Of a stretch of DNA of 64,000 nucleotides, positions 24,859 through 38,277 are shown piece after piece. Below the pieces are notes generated by a model that was not told the DNA's origin, did no database searches, and saw only the letters and a program-made list of their open reading frames with translations. Source of the DNA: Eledone cirrhosa (lineage: Eukaryota). The stretch covers positions 2,852,001 to 2,916,000 of the forward strand of contig OZ024760.1 of the NCBI GenBank assembly GCA_964016885.1, in the 5' to 3' direction. Made by a program: the position numbers and the translations under genes. Positions within the stretch are counted from its first letter, which is position 1. Each line of letters opens with the position of its first letter.

Positions 24859-26030
24859 TTGGCAGTATCAGTAGAGGGTCGGACGCCATGCTTTGACGCA
24901 TAGAGTTACGGCCCTTGCCATTCTGAGTTCAAATCCCGCCGAGGTTAACTTTGCCTTTCATCCTTACGGGGTCGATAAAATAAAGTACCAGTAATACACT
25001 GGGTAATTGCTGACCTTGTGCCTAACATAGAAACAATTATTGTTGGTTAATAATAATCAAAAAGCCAGTTATCTTTTAATGATATAATTATAAGATATGG
25101 TTTTAGTTTTGGTATCTGTTTAGCAATTAATGGCTTTTGTTTCCAATTAATTAAGATTTTCTTTAAGACAGGACATAAATATTTATAAAGTTGAATTTTC
25201 AAATGTTCTTTTTTACAACTCAATATATTAGTATATATTATATTTGTAAGGGTGGTGAATTGGCAGTATCGGTAGAGGGTCGGACGCCATGCTTTGACGC
25301 ATAGAGTTACGGCCCTTGTCGTTCTGAGTTCAAATCCTGCCGAGGTCAACTTTGCCTTTCATCCTTACGGGGTCGATAAAATAAAGTACCAGTAATACAC
25401 TGGGCAATTGCTGGCCTTGTGCCAAAAGTAGAAACAATAATATTTGTAAACAGTATCGGTAGAGGGTCGGACGCCATGCTTTCCAGCATAGTTATGTCCC
25501 TTTATGCCGAGAAAGTTGATTAAATCGACCCCAGTATGTTACTGATACTTTATTTTAACAATGTTGTAAGGATGAAAGGCAAAGTTGACCTCGGTGATAT
25601 TTGAATTCAGAACATATAATGTCTTTAATAATTGTTTCTACCTTTTGGCACAAGGCCTGCAATTACCCCAGTGTATAACTGCTACTTTATTTTGTCAACC
25701 CTCGTAAGGATGAATGGCAAAGTTAACATCAGAGGGATTTGAACTCAGACCGTAAAGGGCCGTAACTCTGTGTTGCAAAGCATAGCGTCGGACCCTCTAC
25801 CGATACTGCCAATCCACTGCCCTAAGTGTCTTTAATAATTGTTTCTACTTTAGGCACAAGGCCAGCATTTATCCCAGTGTATTACTGGTACTTTATTTTA
25901 TCGACCCCGTAAGGATGAAAGGCAAAGTTGACCTCGGCAGGATTTGAACTCAGAATGGCATGGGCCGTAACTCTATGCGTCAAAGCATGGCGTCCGACCC
26001 TCTACCGATACTGCCAATCCACTGCCCTAA
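24859..26030. mobile_element. Cluster of SINE A copies: + at 24859-25040 and 25249-25440; - at 25628-25822 and 25835-26027; partials in between
   Basis: Consensus TGGCAGTATCGGTAGAGGGTCGGACGCC...GAGTTCAAATCC...TTTCATCCTTACGGGGTCGATAAAATAAAGTACC...GTAGAAACAATTA. Confidence 0.9.
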
Positions 26031-28014
26031 GTGTCTTTAATAATGTGATGCAGTCATAGTGTTGTCTTGTGTTTTCCTAGAATGCCTGGTAAAAGTGTTT
26101 TCATGTGGTTTGTTAATTCAAATGGACAAATCATTGTGAAATTTAAAGTATTACAGTAAAGACTAATATTTAATGTGATGCAGTCATAGTGTCGTTTTGT
26201 ACTTTCAAGAATTTCTTACTAATATGTTTTCATGTGGTTTGTTAATTCAAATGTTTATAGTATCTTTACTAGTTGACAGATCATTATGAAAATTTGCAGT
26301 ATTAAAAATCTTTTAATCTTTTAAAAATCTTTTAATCTTTTAAAAATCTTTTAATGATAAAATTGTAAGATATGGTTTTAGTTTTGAAATCTGTTTAAGA
26401 ATTTCTTTTTTTTATTTCCAATCAATTAAGATTTTCTCTCAGACAGGACATAAATATTTATAAAATTGTACTTTCAAATGTTCTTCTTTTTTACAACTGT
26501 ATATATTATATTTGTGAATATAGACAAGGATAACAAGCATTGAATAATGATGATGATGAATATATATATATATTTTTTTTTTTTTGCTCAAAATAAATAT
26601 ATATTCAATGTCATATGACATGGAACATTATTCTACTTATATTGATTGAAAAGAAAAAGAAAAATATATAAAAATTTATAGAATACACAAAAATAAACTA
26701 CATATATAATATATATAAAATATATAATATATACAATATATATAAAAATGTTGATGGAAGCTACAGAGTTGGTAGACCCAGAAAAACCTGGGACGACGTG
26801 ATAAAAACTGACCTTCCTCACTTACACTTCTCTAAGACAATGTCATTGAATCGAGATCTTTGGTGCTATGCAGTTATGCAGTAGACCCGCCTACCGTTAC
26901 GCACGAACATAAACCTACAGTCAGTAGCCACCTCATAACCCAATATACACCCCACCCCCACACACCCACATTTACAGTGAGTGCTGGGGGCTTTTTTTTC
27001 GTGGCGCCTACATGTCCACTTTGCAGTGGAATTATAGGGACCCCGGTCCCTATCATCTCATTTCTACAGCTGAGTAAACTGGAGCAATGCTCAAGGAAAC
27101 AACACATCACCCGGTCTGAGAATTGAACTCACAACCTTTCGATTGCAAGGCCAATGCTCTAACCACTAAGCCATGTGCCTCCATCATATAATATATATAA
27201 TATATATAAACACGGTAGACATCAATACAATTAAATTCAAGCACTTAATGTCATGTTACTTCAGCAAAATAAGAATGATGGAGCATATTTAGAATGAGGG
27301 AAATGTGAAGTTGTAGATGTTAACCCTTGTCGATAAAATAAAGCACCAGTAATGTACTGGGGTAATTTCTGGCCTTGTGCCAAAAGTAGAAACGATTATT
27401 TTATATATACTATTATATTTTCATGGTAAAGGCTTTACCTCACATAATTATCTCATATAATATCGAATCTATGAGATTTTGAAAGTATTTATTTATCATG
27501 TATTCAGCTGTGGTGGAACCACATCTAGCCAAGCATTGTAACTGTCAGACACTTTTGTGGACATGATAAGAAGAAGACTTAATTTTGCTGTCTGCTGAAA
27601 TCATGAGAATTGGTTAAATAATCCATTGACCATAATTGTCATTGGAATATATATCACAGCTTTATTAATAGAGGCTTCTTTAATATCTACAACTTCGCAT
27701 TTTCCTTGTTCTAAATATATTCCATCATTTTTATTTTGATGAAGTAACATGACATCAAATGTTGAATTGAATTCCATCTATATCTACCATAAATATTAGC
27801 TCTGCTTGTTGAGTGCTTTTTCATAGAATCTGGTAAAGTTGCTGAAGTGAGGCATCAGCTAACAACTACACCCAGAAACTTAATGTAAGTATGGGTGCTG
27901 TGATGTCGTATAAACTGAAGGGGATTATTGACAGCGTGGTCCTCTTTCTCTTTATCTATCAGAGAGTATAGATATATCTGTGGGTAGGTAAGCTCTAGGT
28001 AGACCTGTTGATTT

Positions 28015-28322
28015 CATAGGGAGAGATTTTCAAGGATTTCTGGGTAAGGAGAGTTTTTTAAGGATTTCTGGGTAAGGAGAGTATTTCAAGGATTTCTGGG
28101 TAGGGAGAGTATTTCAAGGATTTCTGGGTTGGGAGAGTTTTTTAAGAATTTCTGGGTAAGGAGAGTGTTTTAAGGATTTCTGGGTAAGGAGAGTATTTCA
28201 AGGATTTCTGGGTCGGGAGAGTTTTTTAAGGATTTCTGAGTAAGGAGAGTTTCTCAAGGATTATTGGGTAGGGAGAGTATTTCAAGGATTTCTGGGTAGG
28301 GAGAGTATTTCAAGGATTTCTG
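28015..28322. repeat. ~28-bp minisatellite (~11 copies)
   Basis: Unit TCAAGGATTTCTGGGTAAGGAGAGTATT. Confidence 0.9.
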
Positions 28323-29331
28323 TGAAGGTGATGATGATAATGGTGTAGATGGTGATGGTGGTGTTGATGATAGTGGTGATGGTGGTGATGATGATGGGGA
28401 TGGTGGTATTAATGATGATGAACATGATGATGTCGATGGTGATGATAATAATGATGATAATGATGATAGTGGTAATGATAATAACAATGATGATGATGAT
28501 GATGATAATAGTGATAATGATGATACTGATGACAGTTATGATAACGATGATGGTGAAGGTGATAATGAAGATAATGATGATAATTATGATGATTATGATA
28601 ATGATAATGATGGTGATGATAATACTTGCAATTTTTATATTTATATTCTATTTTTTTTATTTAATGTTTATATTTTTATTTTTATTTAATTTAAATTTTT
28701 TTACTAATTTAGTCATTTTTTAAAACCATATCAATATTTTCATTTTTTTTTTAATTTTTACTATTTTTATTTGTTTTATTACATTTTCTTTATTTTTATC
28801 ATTTTCTTTTCTATTTTTCAATTTAATTTTATTTTTATTTGATTTAAGATTTGTCTGTTTTATTTCATTATTTCATTTATTTTTTAATTTTGTTATTTAT
28901 TTATTTATATTTATTTATTTATGATATACAAATTAGCTTTTATCACCTTCAAAGATAACAAATTCTTTACAAGAACTTATTCAATAAAATATTTAGTTTA
29001 TCTAAAAATAATAAAAACATTAATAAATTTAATTACTCTCAAATATATTTTCCAGTTTTTACTAAAATGAACGACAAAGATGTTAGGAATAGTTGTTGTA
29101 GTTGTTGTTCTTGTTCTTGTTGTTGTAGTTGTTGTTACCGTCTGCCATCTTGGCAGTTGTGTAACCTATAATAATAATAATAAATATAATAATAATAATG
29201 GTTTCTGATTTAGGCACAAGGCCAACAATTTTGGGGGAGGGGAGAGGAAAGTCAACTAAATCAACCACAGTGTATTACTGGTACTTTATTTTATTGACCT
29301 CCCATAAGGATGAAAGGCAAAGCTAACCTCT

Positions 29332-30395
29332 GGCTCTACCTGGAGTGACTCTCCAGTGATTCCTTCCTGAGACATTCTAACTCCATGCCCATTGTATCAT
29401 ATCAGAGCTGTGATCTCTTAATTCGGGGAAGTAGCTGCTCTACCTGGAGTGACTCTCCAGGGATTCTTTCCTGAGACATTCTTTCCTGAGACATTCTAAC
29501 CACATGCCCATTGTATCAGAGCTGTGATCTCTCAATTCGGAGAAGTAGCTACTCTACCTGGAGTGACTCTCCAGGGATTCTTTCCTGAGACATTCTAACC
29601 ACATACCCATTGCATCAGAGCTGTGATCTCTCAATTCGGAGAAGTAGCTGCTCTACCTGGAGTGACTCTCCAGGGATTCTTTCCTGAGACATTCTTTCCT
29701 GAGACATTCTAACCACATGCCCATTGTATCAGAGCTGTGATCTCTCAATTCGGAGAAGTAGCTGCTCTACCTGGAGTGACTCTCCAGGGATTCTTTCCTG
29801 AGACATTCTAACCACATGCCCATTGCATCAGAGCTGTGATCTCTCAATTCGGAGAAGTAGCTGCTCTACCTGGAGTGACTCTCCAGGGATTCTTTCCTGA
29901 GATATTCTAACCACATACCCATTGTATCAGAGCTGTGATCTCTTAATTCGGAGAAGTAGCTGCTCTACCTGGAGTGACTCTCCAGGGATTCTTTCCTGAG
30001 ACATTCTAACCACATACCCATTGTATCAGAGCTGTGACCTCTCAATTCAGAGAAGTAGCAGCTCTACCTGGAGTGACTGTCTGATTGCTGAGCTACAAAT
30101 CTGTCCAGCGATTCTTTCCTGAGACATTCTAACCACATACCCATAGTATCAGAGCTGTCATCTCTCAATTCGGAGTAGTGGCTCTACCTGGAGTGACTCT
30201 CCAGTGATTCCTTCCTGAGACATTCTAACTCCATTCCCATAGTATCATATCAGAGCTGTGATATCTCAAATCAAAGAGGTAACAGCTCTACCTGGAGTGA
30301 CTCTCCAGCGATTCTTTCCTGAGACATTCTAACCACATACCCATAGTGTCAGAGCTGTGATCTCTCAATTCGGAGAAGTAGCTACTCTACCTGGA
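29332..30395 (-). repeat. 99-bp tandem repeat (~10 copies, some 114-bp) derived from RTE ORF2
   Basis: Reverse complement of the unit matches 12570-12665 (GAGTCACTCCAGGTAGAG...GTTAGAATGTCTCAGGAAAGAATC). Confidence 0.88.
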
Positions 30396-31397
30396 TTATC
30401 CCTGAACCTAGTCACATTTCTATGAATAAATTATATCTGTGGCGCTACATGCTTTCAATTAAAATTTTTATTTATATCATATATATATATATTTCTTTTT
30501 TATTAATTTTATTTTCATAGATGTTATTTATAAAAAAATTTTTTATGCATTTTGGAAATGGAATTCTTTTTGATTAAAGGTATTGTATTTAATTAGGAAG
30601 TATTGTATAATAATTTTGATAATCTATTTTTTTTTTATTTTTTGCTGATAAATCAAAATTTAAAAATTTGATGACTTGAGGGGAATATTTCGAGTTATCA
30701 ATTATTAATTATTTCTGGTTTGACAAATTTAAAGTTTTGTTGTTTAAGTTATTTAAATTTTTTAATTATTTCATTTATAAAAAAAAAAAAGTTTTAATGT
30801 TGGAAAACATTGCAATCAGAAGTGAAATATTTGATATAAAATTACTACCTTGTATTTCAAATATCGTTATCATCACTACCATCATTTTTCATCTTCATTA
30901 TCATCATCATCATTTTATTTATTATCTTCTAGCCATCCTGGCTTGTGTTAGCAAGGTCGTTGTGACCTATGTTACTTCTTATTCAGAATTTACAACTGCT
31001 GCCCTTCTTAGATATGTTGTAGGATCATGTCTTTCATATTTATATATTCTTGGCCTGGCTTCTACTGCTGGATGCTCTTCCTAACACCAACCACTTATAT
31101 ATTTATTAAAAGTTTGGAAATGTTTACACATATTGATGTGGTTTTTAAAGTAATTCCATGATGTTGTTGTTGTTGTTGTGGTTGTTGTTGTGGTTACTGT
31201 TGTTGTTGTTGTTGTTGTTGTTGTTGCTGTTACTTTTCATTTTCATCCACCCATCACCCTCCCCCATAAGTCTATATGATATGGAATCTGGTAATGAAGC
31301 CGTAATTAGATTTTAGAAGCCTTCGGCAAGATTTACTGTGATAGCGTATTTCTATAATAATAACAATAATAATAATTGTTTCTATTTTTTATTTTTA

Positions 31398-31416
31398 TTA
31401 TTATTATTATTATTAT

Positions 31417-31456
<40 letters not shown>

Positions 31457-31900
31457 GGTGTTGATGATAATGATGATTATGGTGGTAGTGGTGTTGATGA
31501 TGATGGTGGTGGTGGTGGTGGTGGTAATAGTAACAATGTTGATGATGAGGATGATGATAATGATGATATAGTAATGATGATGATGTTGGTGATGATGATG
31601 TTGATGTTGGTGATGATGATGATGATAGTAATAATGGTGGTGGTAATAACTGTTTCTACTTTTGGCACAAGGCCAGCAATTACACCAGTACATTACAGGT
31701 ACTTTATTTTATCGACCCCGTAAGGATGAAAAGCAAAGTTAACCTCGGCGGGATTTGAACTCTGAATGTAAAGGGCCGTGATGGTGATGGTGATGATGAT
31801 GATGGTGGTGGTGGTGGTGATGGTGATAATGATAATGATGTTGGTGATGATGATGATGGTTGTGGTGGTGGTGGTGATGGTGGTAATGATGATGATGATG
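31398..31900. repeat. (TAT)n/(TAG)n/(GGT)n/(GAT)n microsatellites with a SINE A fragment (31650-31780, -)
   Basis: Direct inspection. Confidence 0.85.
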
Positions 31901-32161
31901 ATATACACATTATACAGCTCTTCATATATATATATATATATATATCATCATCATCATCTTACGTCCGCTTCTCCCTGCTTGCAAGGGTGGGACTATATAT
32001 ATATACACTCACACATTATACAGCTCTTCATATATATATATACAGCCCTTCATACACACATATACAGTCCCCTATATATATACACACACTCATATATACA
32101 GTTCTCCATATACACTCACACATTACACCACACTACACATACACTCACACATACAGTCGCC

Positions 32162-32199
<38 letters not shown>

Positions 32200-32539
32200 T
32201 ACAACACCACACTACACACACTAACATATACAATCCTCCATATTTACATACACACACATAAATACACACCCTCTCATCTCTTTATCACATTATTTAACAT
32301 ATTAACACAACTTGGGGCTAATATTAATGGATCACAAGACAAGAAGAGGTGACCATCTTAACTTCAAACAACGTCTTAAGATCAATTCTTCATTGATTTT
32401 ATTAGACCACTACAAAATATATTATGTCTTGTCTTTGAAGAACCTGTGTATTATGTTGTGGTTCAGCTTTACTGCCATACACATGCGTGCACTCATGTGT
32501 ATCGTTATGATGATATATGGTAATATGTGTTAATATGTG

Positions 32540-32574
<35 letters not shown>

Positions 32575-32578
<4 letters not shown>

Positions 32579-32925
32579 TCATCAGCAGCAGCAGCAGCAG
32601 TTTACGTCCGCTTTTTCCCTGCTTGCAAGGGTGGGACGGGAACTGATTCTGGCTTGATTTCTACAGCTGGATGCCCTTCCTAACACCAACCTCATTTACA
32701 GTGAGTGCTGGGTGCTTTTTTGCCGTGGCACCTCCACAACCACTTTACAGTGGAATGATAGGGACCCCAGTCCCTATCATCTCATTTCTACAGCTGAGTA
32801 AACTGGAGCAATGTGAAATAAAGTGTCTTGCTCAAGGAAACAACACATCACCCGGTTTGAGAATTGAACTCACAACCTTTCGATTGCAAGGCCAATGCTC
32901 TAACCACTAAGCCATGTGCTTCCAT
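32575..32925 (-). mobile_element. Composite SINE (tRNA head D + core E + RTE tail)
   Basis: Near-identical inverted partial copy at 45150-45365; partial copy at 26968-27185. Confidence 0.75.
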
Positions 32926-33159
32926 TTATTTCATCATTTTACATGCGCTTTTCCTTGCTTACGCAATCATTGGTGCAGTTATGCAATCATTATGATATGC
33001 TGGTGGCCTATGTAATAAACAATTATGGTTATTTAATCCTGTTTTAGCTACCATTGTTTCATAAACGAATACTCCATCACTCATTATCACCTACCTGGGA
33101 TAAACTACTGACGTGAAGTGTTTTGTATCGCTAGGACCTGCTTATCATCAGGAAGTTAT

Positions 33160-33360
33160 CATCATCATCATTTTACGTCCGCTTTTCTCTGCTTGCAAGG
33201 GTGGGACGGGTCTTATTCAGCACACAGCATCTCTCCACTTGTCACGGCCCTTCGTCATCTCCACCGTGAGCTTCAGCGATCTGAGGTCTGTTCTCACCAC
33301 CTCCGCCCATGTTTTTCGTGGTCTACCTCTACCACGTCTTCCTTCCACTGGCATTTCAAT
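33160..33360 (-). mobile_element. RTE 3' fragment
   Basis: Reverse translation PVEGRRGRGRPRKTWAEVVRTDLRSLKLTVEMTKGRDKWRDA; related copies at 45895-46050 (-) and 56960-57130 (+). Confidence 0.8.
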
Positions 33361-33432
33361 GCGAAAACAATTATGAAGTTACTACATAACAACTAAGATT
33401 AACAACACTCTTGTACAATATATATATATATA

Positions 33433-33466
<34 letters not shown>

Positions 33467-33843
33467 CTGGTCACTTGTCATGTGATAATTCTTTCATTTG
33501 CAATTTTCACTGACAACGAACAGTTGGGAATTCCTCTGTTGAATTTTATTTCTGGACTGAGAAACTCTCCTTGTGATTTAGGATTTCTCGCAATATTCTA
33601 TTCAGAATACTGTTATTTTCCTAATGAGACTGCAGTAGGGACATTAAAGTGAGTACGTAAATATTTTTTTTATTAACTTGTTTTCTTTTTGCATATATGA
33701 TATTATCAGTCTTTGAATCTGTTAATTTTATTAACTATCTCATTGAACCAAACTCAGTATAAGTTGGATACCCTGTATGTATGTATGTATGTATCTATAC
33801 TTGTATCTATACACATATAGAAATAAAAATACCTCTTCATTTA

Positions 33844-33875
<32 letters not shown>

Positions 33876-33934
33876 CATCATCATTTTACATCTGCTTTTC
33901 CCTGCTTGCATATATATATATATATATATTTTTT

Positions 33935-34059
33935 TTTTTATTTTATAGAAGGAGCTTCTACAGGACTAGTACTGTTTCATTCAGATGAAATCTTCAGGAA
34001 TGAATCATCTGAATGAAACAGTACTAGTCCTGTAGAAGCTCCTTCTATAAAATAAAAAA
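33935..34059. repeat. Perfect ~54-bp inverted repeat with a 16-nt loop
   Basis: TTTTATAGAAGGAGCTTCTACAGGACTAGTACTGTTTCATTCAGATGA and its exact reverse complement. Confidence 0.92.
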
Positions 34060-34649
34060 TGTTTACTCTGCCATGTATTGAGTACCTTACTTACTGTGGT
34101 TATCCCCGACTCAACCCGGGACCTACGTATATATATATATATATATATATATATTTAATACATTAACAGAGAAAGCTTTAAGCAATACTCTGACCGGCTT
34201 CCATCTCACTCAACAAACATTAGGATATACCTTAGTATAATCCCAATTTTACGTTTGGGGTGCAAACTATATGTATTTTGCGGATAGCCAGTTGTATTAT
34301 TTTATATGAGACATAATTAAAATACATCTCCCTTTCCAAACAATTGTTTCATTATAAGTTTTCTACAAGTTGAGAAAATGTGTCCAGGTTATGTAGAAGC
34401 CTACACATAGTCTGTAGGAATATATGCAGGTGGGCACTTATAAATCATCAGTGGATGCCCGTTAAACATCGATATAAAAAAAATTTTCTTACCGATACCC
34501 AATGTTCAGCGATGGTCCTCTTCCGTGTCAGAATGACCGCCAAATTTGAAATTCCAGCAGTCTCAGAATGAGAAATTTCACACTGTCATCAAGTGGAAAG
34601 GGGAGGTCATCGCAAAACACAAGAAAATAAAATAATATGCACGCGGGAT

Positions 34650-34880
34650 ATATATTTATTAAAATAACAGATTAAAGTTTAAGCAAAGAATCCACGTTCA
34701 CAGATTGACTTTGTTAGTTTCAGAAGATCCCATTAAGGGTGAAAGCAGCGATTCTTTGCTTAAACTTTAATCTGTTATTTTAATAAATATTTACTCTACG
34801 GTTCTTATATATTTGATATATATTTATCCTTATCGAGCCCTCTTTGGATTTTAGTCTTCAAATTTATTATTATTACTATA
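34650..34880. mobile_element. Fold-back element, same family as 1236-1437
   Basis: ~40-bp inverted arms at 34654-34692 and 34750-34789; followed by (TA)n. Confidence 0.6.
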
Positions 34881-34911
34881 TATATATATATATATTCATA
34901 TATATATATAT

Positions 34912-35222
34912 CATCATCATCATCATCAACGTTTAACGTCCGTGTTCCACGCTTGCATGGGTTTGGACGGGGGTTTTCCCACTTGAGGCAAGAGTGATTG
35001 TCTTGCTCGCATAGGACTGTCTGGCAGGTTTTCTACAGTTGGATGCCCTTCCTAACACCAACCACATTTACAGTGTGGGTCTGGGAGGTTTTTACCGTGT
35101 TGCCTACACGGCCACATTACAGAGTGGACTGTGTGTTTTTTTGTCATGACACCTACACGATCTCATTTGTTTCGGCCTGGATGCTGTGGCACCAACATAA
35201 CTTTACATAGAAGGGGGCGGTG
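34912..35222 (-). mobile_element. SINE family E (young subfamily)
   Basis: Near-identical to the inverted copies at 38915-39340 and 57335-57560. Confidence 0.85.
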
Positions 35223-35737
35223 TATATATATATATGAATATATATATATGTAATGAAGGAGTTGTGGTAAGGAACCAGATGGACCATATCGCACCAGAGT
35301 ACTCAATACTTAGGGTAGTAGAGTGGGAGCTCTGCCGTTGGGGTCATACATTTTCCTATATATATATATATATATACATCTTACGTTAACTATTTTTCCA
35401 TGTTGACGCTATAGTCACTTATATATTATGGAATACTGTTGGCTTCTTGCTACAATAATTTCTATACTTTTCATTTATATATATATATATATATATATTT
35501 ATGTGTATATATTCATAATTTATCGACAACTCCCATATATTATAATGTAAAAGAAGGAAGATAGGGTTTCAAATCAATTTGGTATCTCCAAGATTCTAAA
35601 TAGTTCTTGTCTAATATGTATATTGTTTACATCTGACTACCGTACTAGCAGGCCATTGCTGACTGACACACTGACACTATAGCTACTCTATACAGATGTA
35701 ATAACATCTATTCTACTATGTTACTAAACAGTTAAAC

Positions 35738-35756
35738 ATGATCTGATTTGGTATTG

Positions 35757-35795
<39 letters not shown>

Positions 35796-36011
35796 CATTT
35801 ATATATATATATATATTTTCATTTATATATATATATTTTCATTTATATATATATATTTTCATTTATATATATATATATATATTTTCATTTATATATATAT
35901 ATATAAATGAAAATATATATATATATATATATAAATGAAAATATATATATATATATATAAATGAAAATATATATATATATATATATATAAATCAATACCA
36001 AATCAGATCAT
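35738..36011. repeat. ~270-bp palindrome built around (TA)n
   Basis: Outer arms ATGATCTGATTTGGTATTGATTT / AAATCAATACCAAATCAGATCAT; inner TTTTCATT units flip to AATGAAAA. Confidence 0.85.
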
Positions 36012-36028
36012 ATATATATATTTTCATT

Positions 36029-36061
<33 letters not shown>

Positions 36062-36270
36062 GTGTGTGTGTATATATATAAATATATATACATTTATAAA
36101 GATATGCGAATATATATTGATATATATATGTATATATATACACATATATATATGTGTATATATATATATACATATCTCTTTCTCTCCCTCGCTCTCTCAC
36201 TTTATATATATATATATATGCATATATATACAGATATATATACCTGTATATATATATGTATGTCTGTGTG

Positions 36271-36317
<47 letters not shown>

Positions 36318-36484
36318 CAGAGCTAGAGTGACTAATAGCATAATTTACCCTGGGCACCAATTACAGATATGGTCTTTTAAAAAATGATATGGTTTCAGTA
36401 TTTGTTTTCATAAAGAATTGCTGATGATGTTGTTGTTGTTGTTGTTGTTGACGTTTTGGAGATTTGTTGTTGTTTCATTCCAAA

Positions 36485-36920
36485 TTAAGCCTTTCATTAC
36501 CATATTTCTCATGAAAGACACTGCCCGTGGTTTTTCAAATCATTTTGGAAATAATCAATTTGAAGAAATTTAGTAATGTAGGGCAGTAGATTGGCAGTAT
36601 CAGTAGAGGGTCGGATGCCATGCTTTGCAGCATAGAGTTACGGCCCTTTACGTTCTGAATTCAAATCCCGTCGAGGTTAACTTTGCCTTTCATCCTTACT
36701 GGGGTCAATAAAATAAAGTACCAGTAATGTACAGGGTAATTGCTGGCCTTGTGCCAAAAGTAGAAACAATTATTTATCAAGCATCTTGAACGTAACCTAA
36801 TGAAGGTTCTTATTTAAAATTACGGTGGAAGATTATTAGATACATATAAGCACTTTAAAATAAACAGTTTTGCATCTTATGACTCGGACCAGTTTTCAGC
36901 AGATTCCTATAAAAAACGGT
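36485..36920 (+). mobile_element. MITE C with a nested SINE A (36581-36772)
   Basis: Begins TTAAGCCTTTCATTACCATATTTCTCATGAAAGACACTG, a single non-amplified copy of the 48-bp unit. Confidence 0.7.
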
Positions 36921-37873
36921 AACCATATCTGACCAGTTCAATGTTTCTCAACGCAGGGCATATGCCCCACCGGTGGGTTGTGAGATTTCATAGTGAGTTG
37001 TATATATTTGGCTATAGACTAATGGAACATGGAAGAAAAATGGTAGGGGAGACACTAAACTAGACCAATATAAGCAAAAGCTTTCGAGCCATAGCCATCC
37101 TGTATTTTTGTGTCTCTACTGAACCTTTTTTCTGTTTCTCCATTGTGATCCTGTCTCTGTTTTGTACTCTTGAAGAAGGGCTTAAGCTGACACATCAAAC
37201 TTTCTTTCCACTTTCCAATATAAAACGTGAAACAAACAAGACTTTTTGTACTTCTGTTTTTTGTCTCCTTGAACTATATATATAGTCAAAAGACATGACA
37301 ACTCTTCCTCTGCACTTGATAGAATGTATGACTGTATGTAAGCAGGATGCAGACACCTCGCCCTGTCTGTGAGGGCAGGAGCCCTGCTTCAGTACCTAGA
37401 CCCTCTATCTAGACTCATCCAACTCTTGCTAGCAGGGAAAGTAGCGTGTTTCGTCAGCAGGAGGTGGCCTCTCTTTTTAGGAAAGACACAAAATAGTGTG
37501 CTAAGCTCTCTCAGTTGCTTGTGGCAAGTAATGGTAGCAGTAAGCTCCCTTGTGATGTATGCCGTCACATTAAAGAGGAGGTAAGCCAGGTCTGACCAAA
37601 CATTGAAAAAGTATGATTATTTCCACAAGCACTCAACCAGAGCATTGACAGTAGATGAACAACCCTTCAGTCATTGAACCAACCAGCTGGAAATTTATAA
37701 TAAATTGAAGTGAAAGCCAACAGATGCATGTGTTTTTATTGGCAGCATGACCTTCCCAAACTATAACAATATATATACATATATATATACACACACACAC
37801 ATATATATATATATACATATATTTTTCCAATTCCACCCCGCCCGTCCCCTCAATCTATCTTATTTCTCATTCT

Positions 37874-37911
37874 TTCTTCTGATGAAGGACTAGCGTCCAA
37901 AACGTTAAGAA
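37874..37911 (+). ncRNA. Degenerate minimal hammerhead motif (G12 to A) in a (TA)n-flanked insert
   Basis: ttctt-CTGATGA-a-ggac(tagc)gtcc-AAAA-cg-TT-aagaa; perfect stems I and II, palindromic AACGTT in place of stem III. Confidence 0.5.
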
Positions 37912-38076
37912 CCTCTTCCTGCTATTTCAAGTGTTAACCTAATATATTCCTTCCATATACTGTACTGATTGTGTTGCTATTTCTGTTTATCTTTTACATA
38001 CATATATACATATATATATATACATATATATATAACTAAAAAAAAGTTATCACTCTACATAGCTGAATACAATAAA

Positions 38077-38277
38077 TGTAATCTGAGTTTTTCGAATATT
38101 AATAATAATATTCGATTCGTTTGCAATTATGCAAACAGCCTCTTTTAAGCCATGTCAGTAGAATGAGCCCCTCATTCTTGTTCTTGCGTTGGCATGTAAC
38201 AGAAAAAAAAGAGGCTGTTTGCATAATTGCAAACGAATCAAATATTGTTATCAATATTCGAAAAACTCACATTACAT
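38077..38277. repeat. Fold-back element with ~70-bp inverted arms
   Basis: ATGTAATCTGAGTTTTTCGAATATT...GCAAACAGCCTCTTTT versus AAAAGAGGCTGTTTGC...AATATTCGAAAAACTCACATTACAT. Confidence 0.85.

Noticed and set aside
33960-34000. Functional hammerhead in the perfect hairpin (minus CTGAAGA..GAAAC..GTC)
   Set aside because: The core boxes are present but no stem I pairing can be drawn; kept only as supporting evidence for a PLE-like origin
36940-37000. hAT-like terminus CAATGTTTCTCAAC
   Set aside because: Only one short degenerate end, with no partner TIR or 8-bp TSD visible
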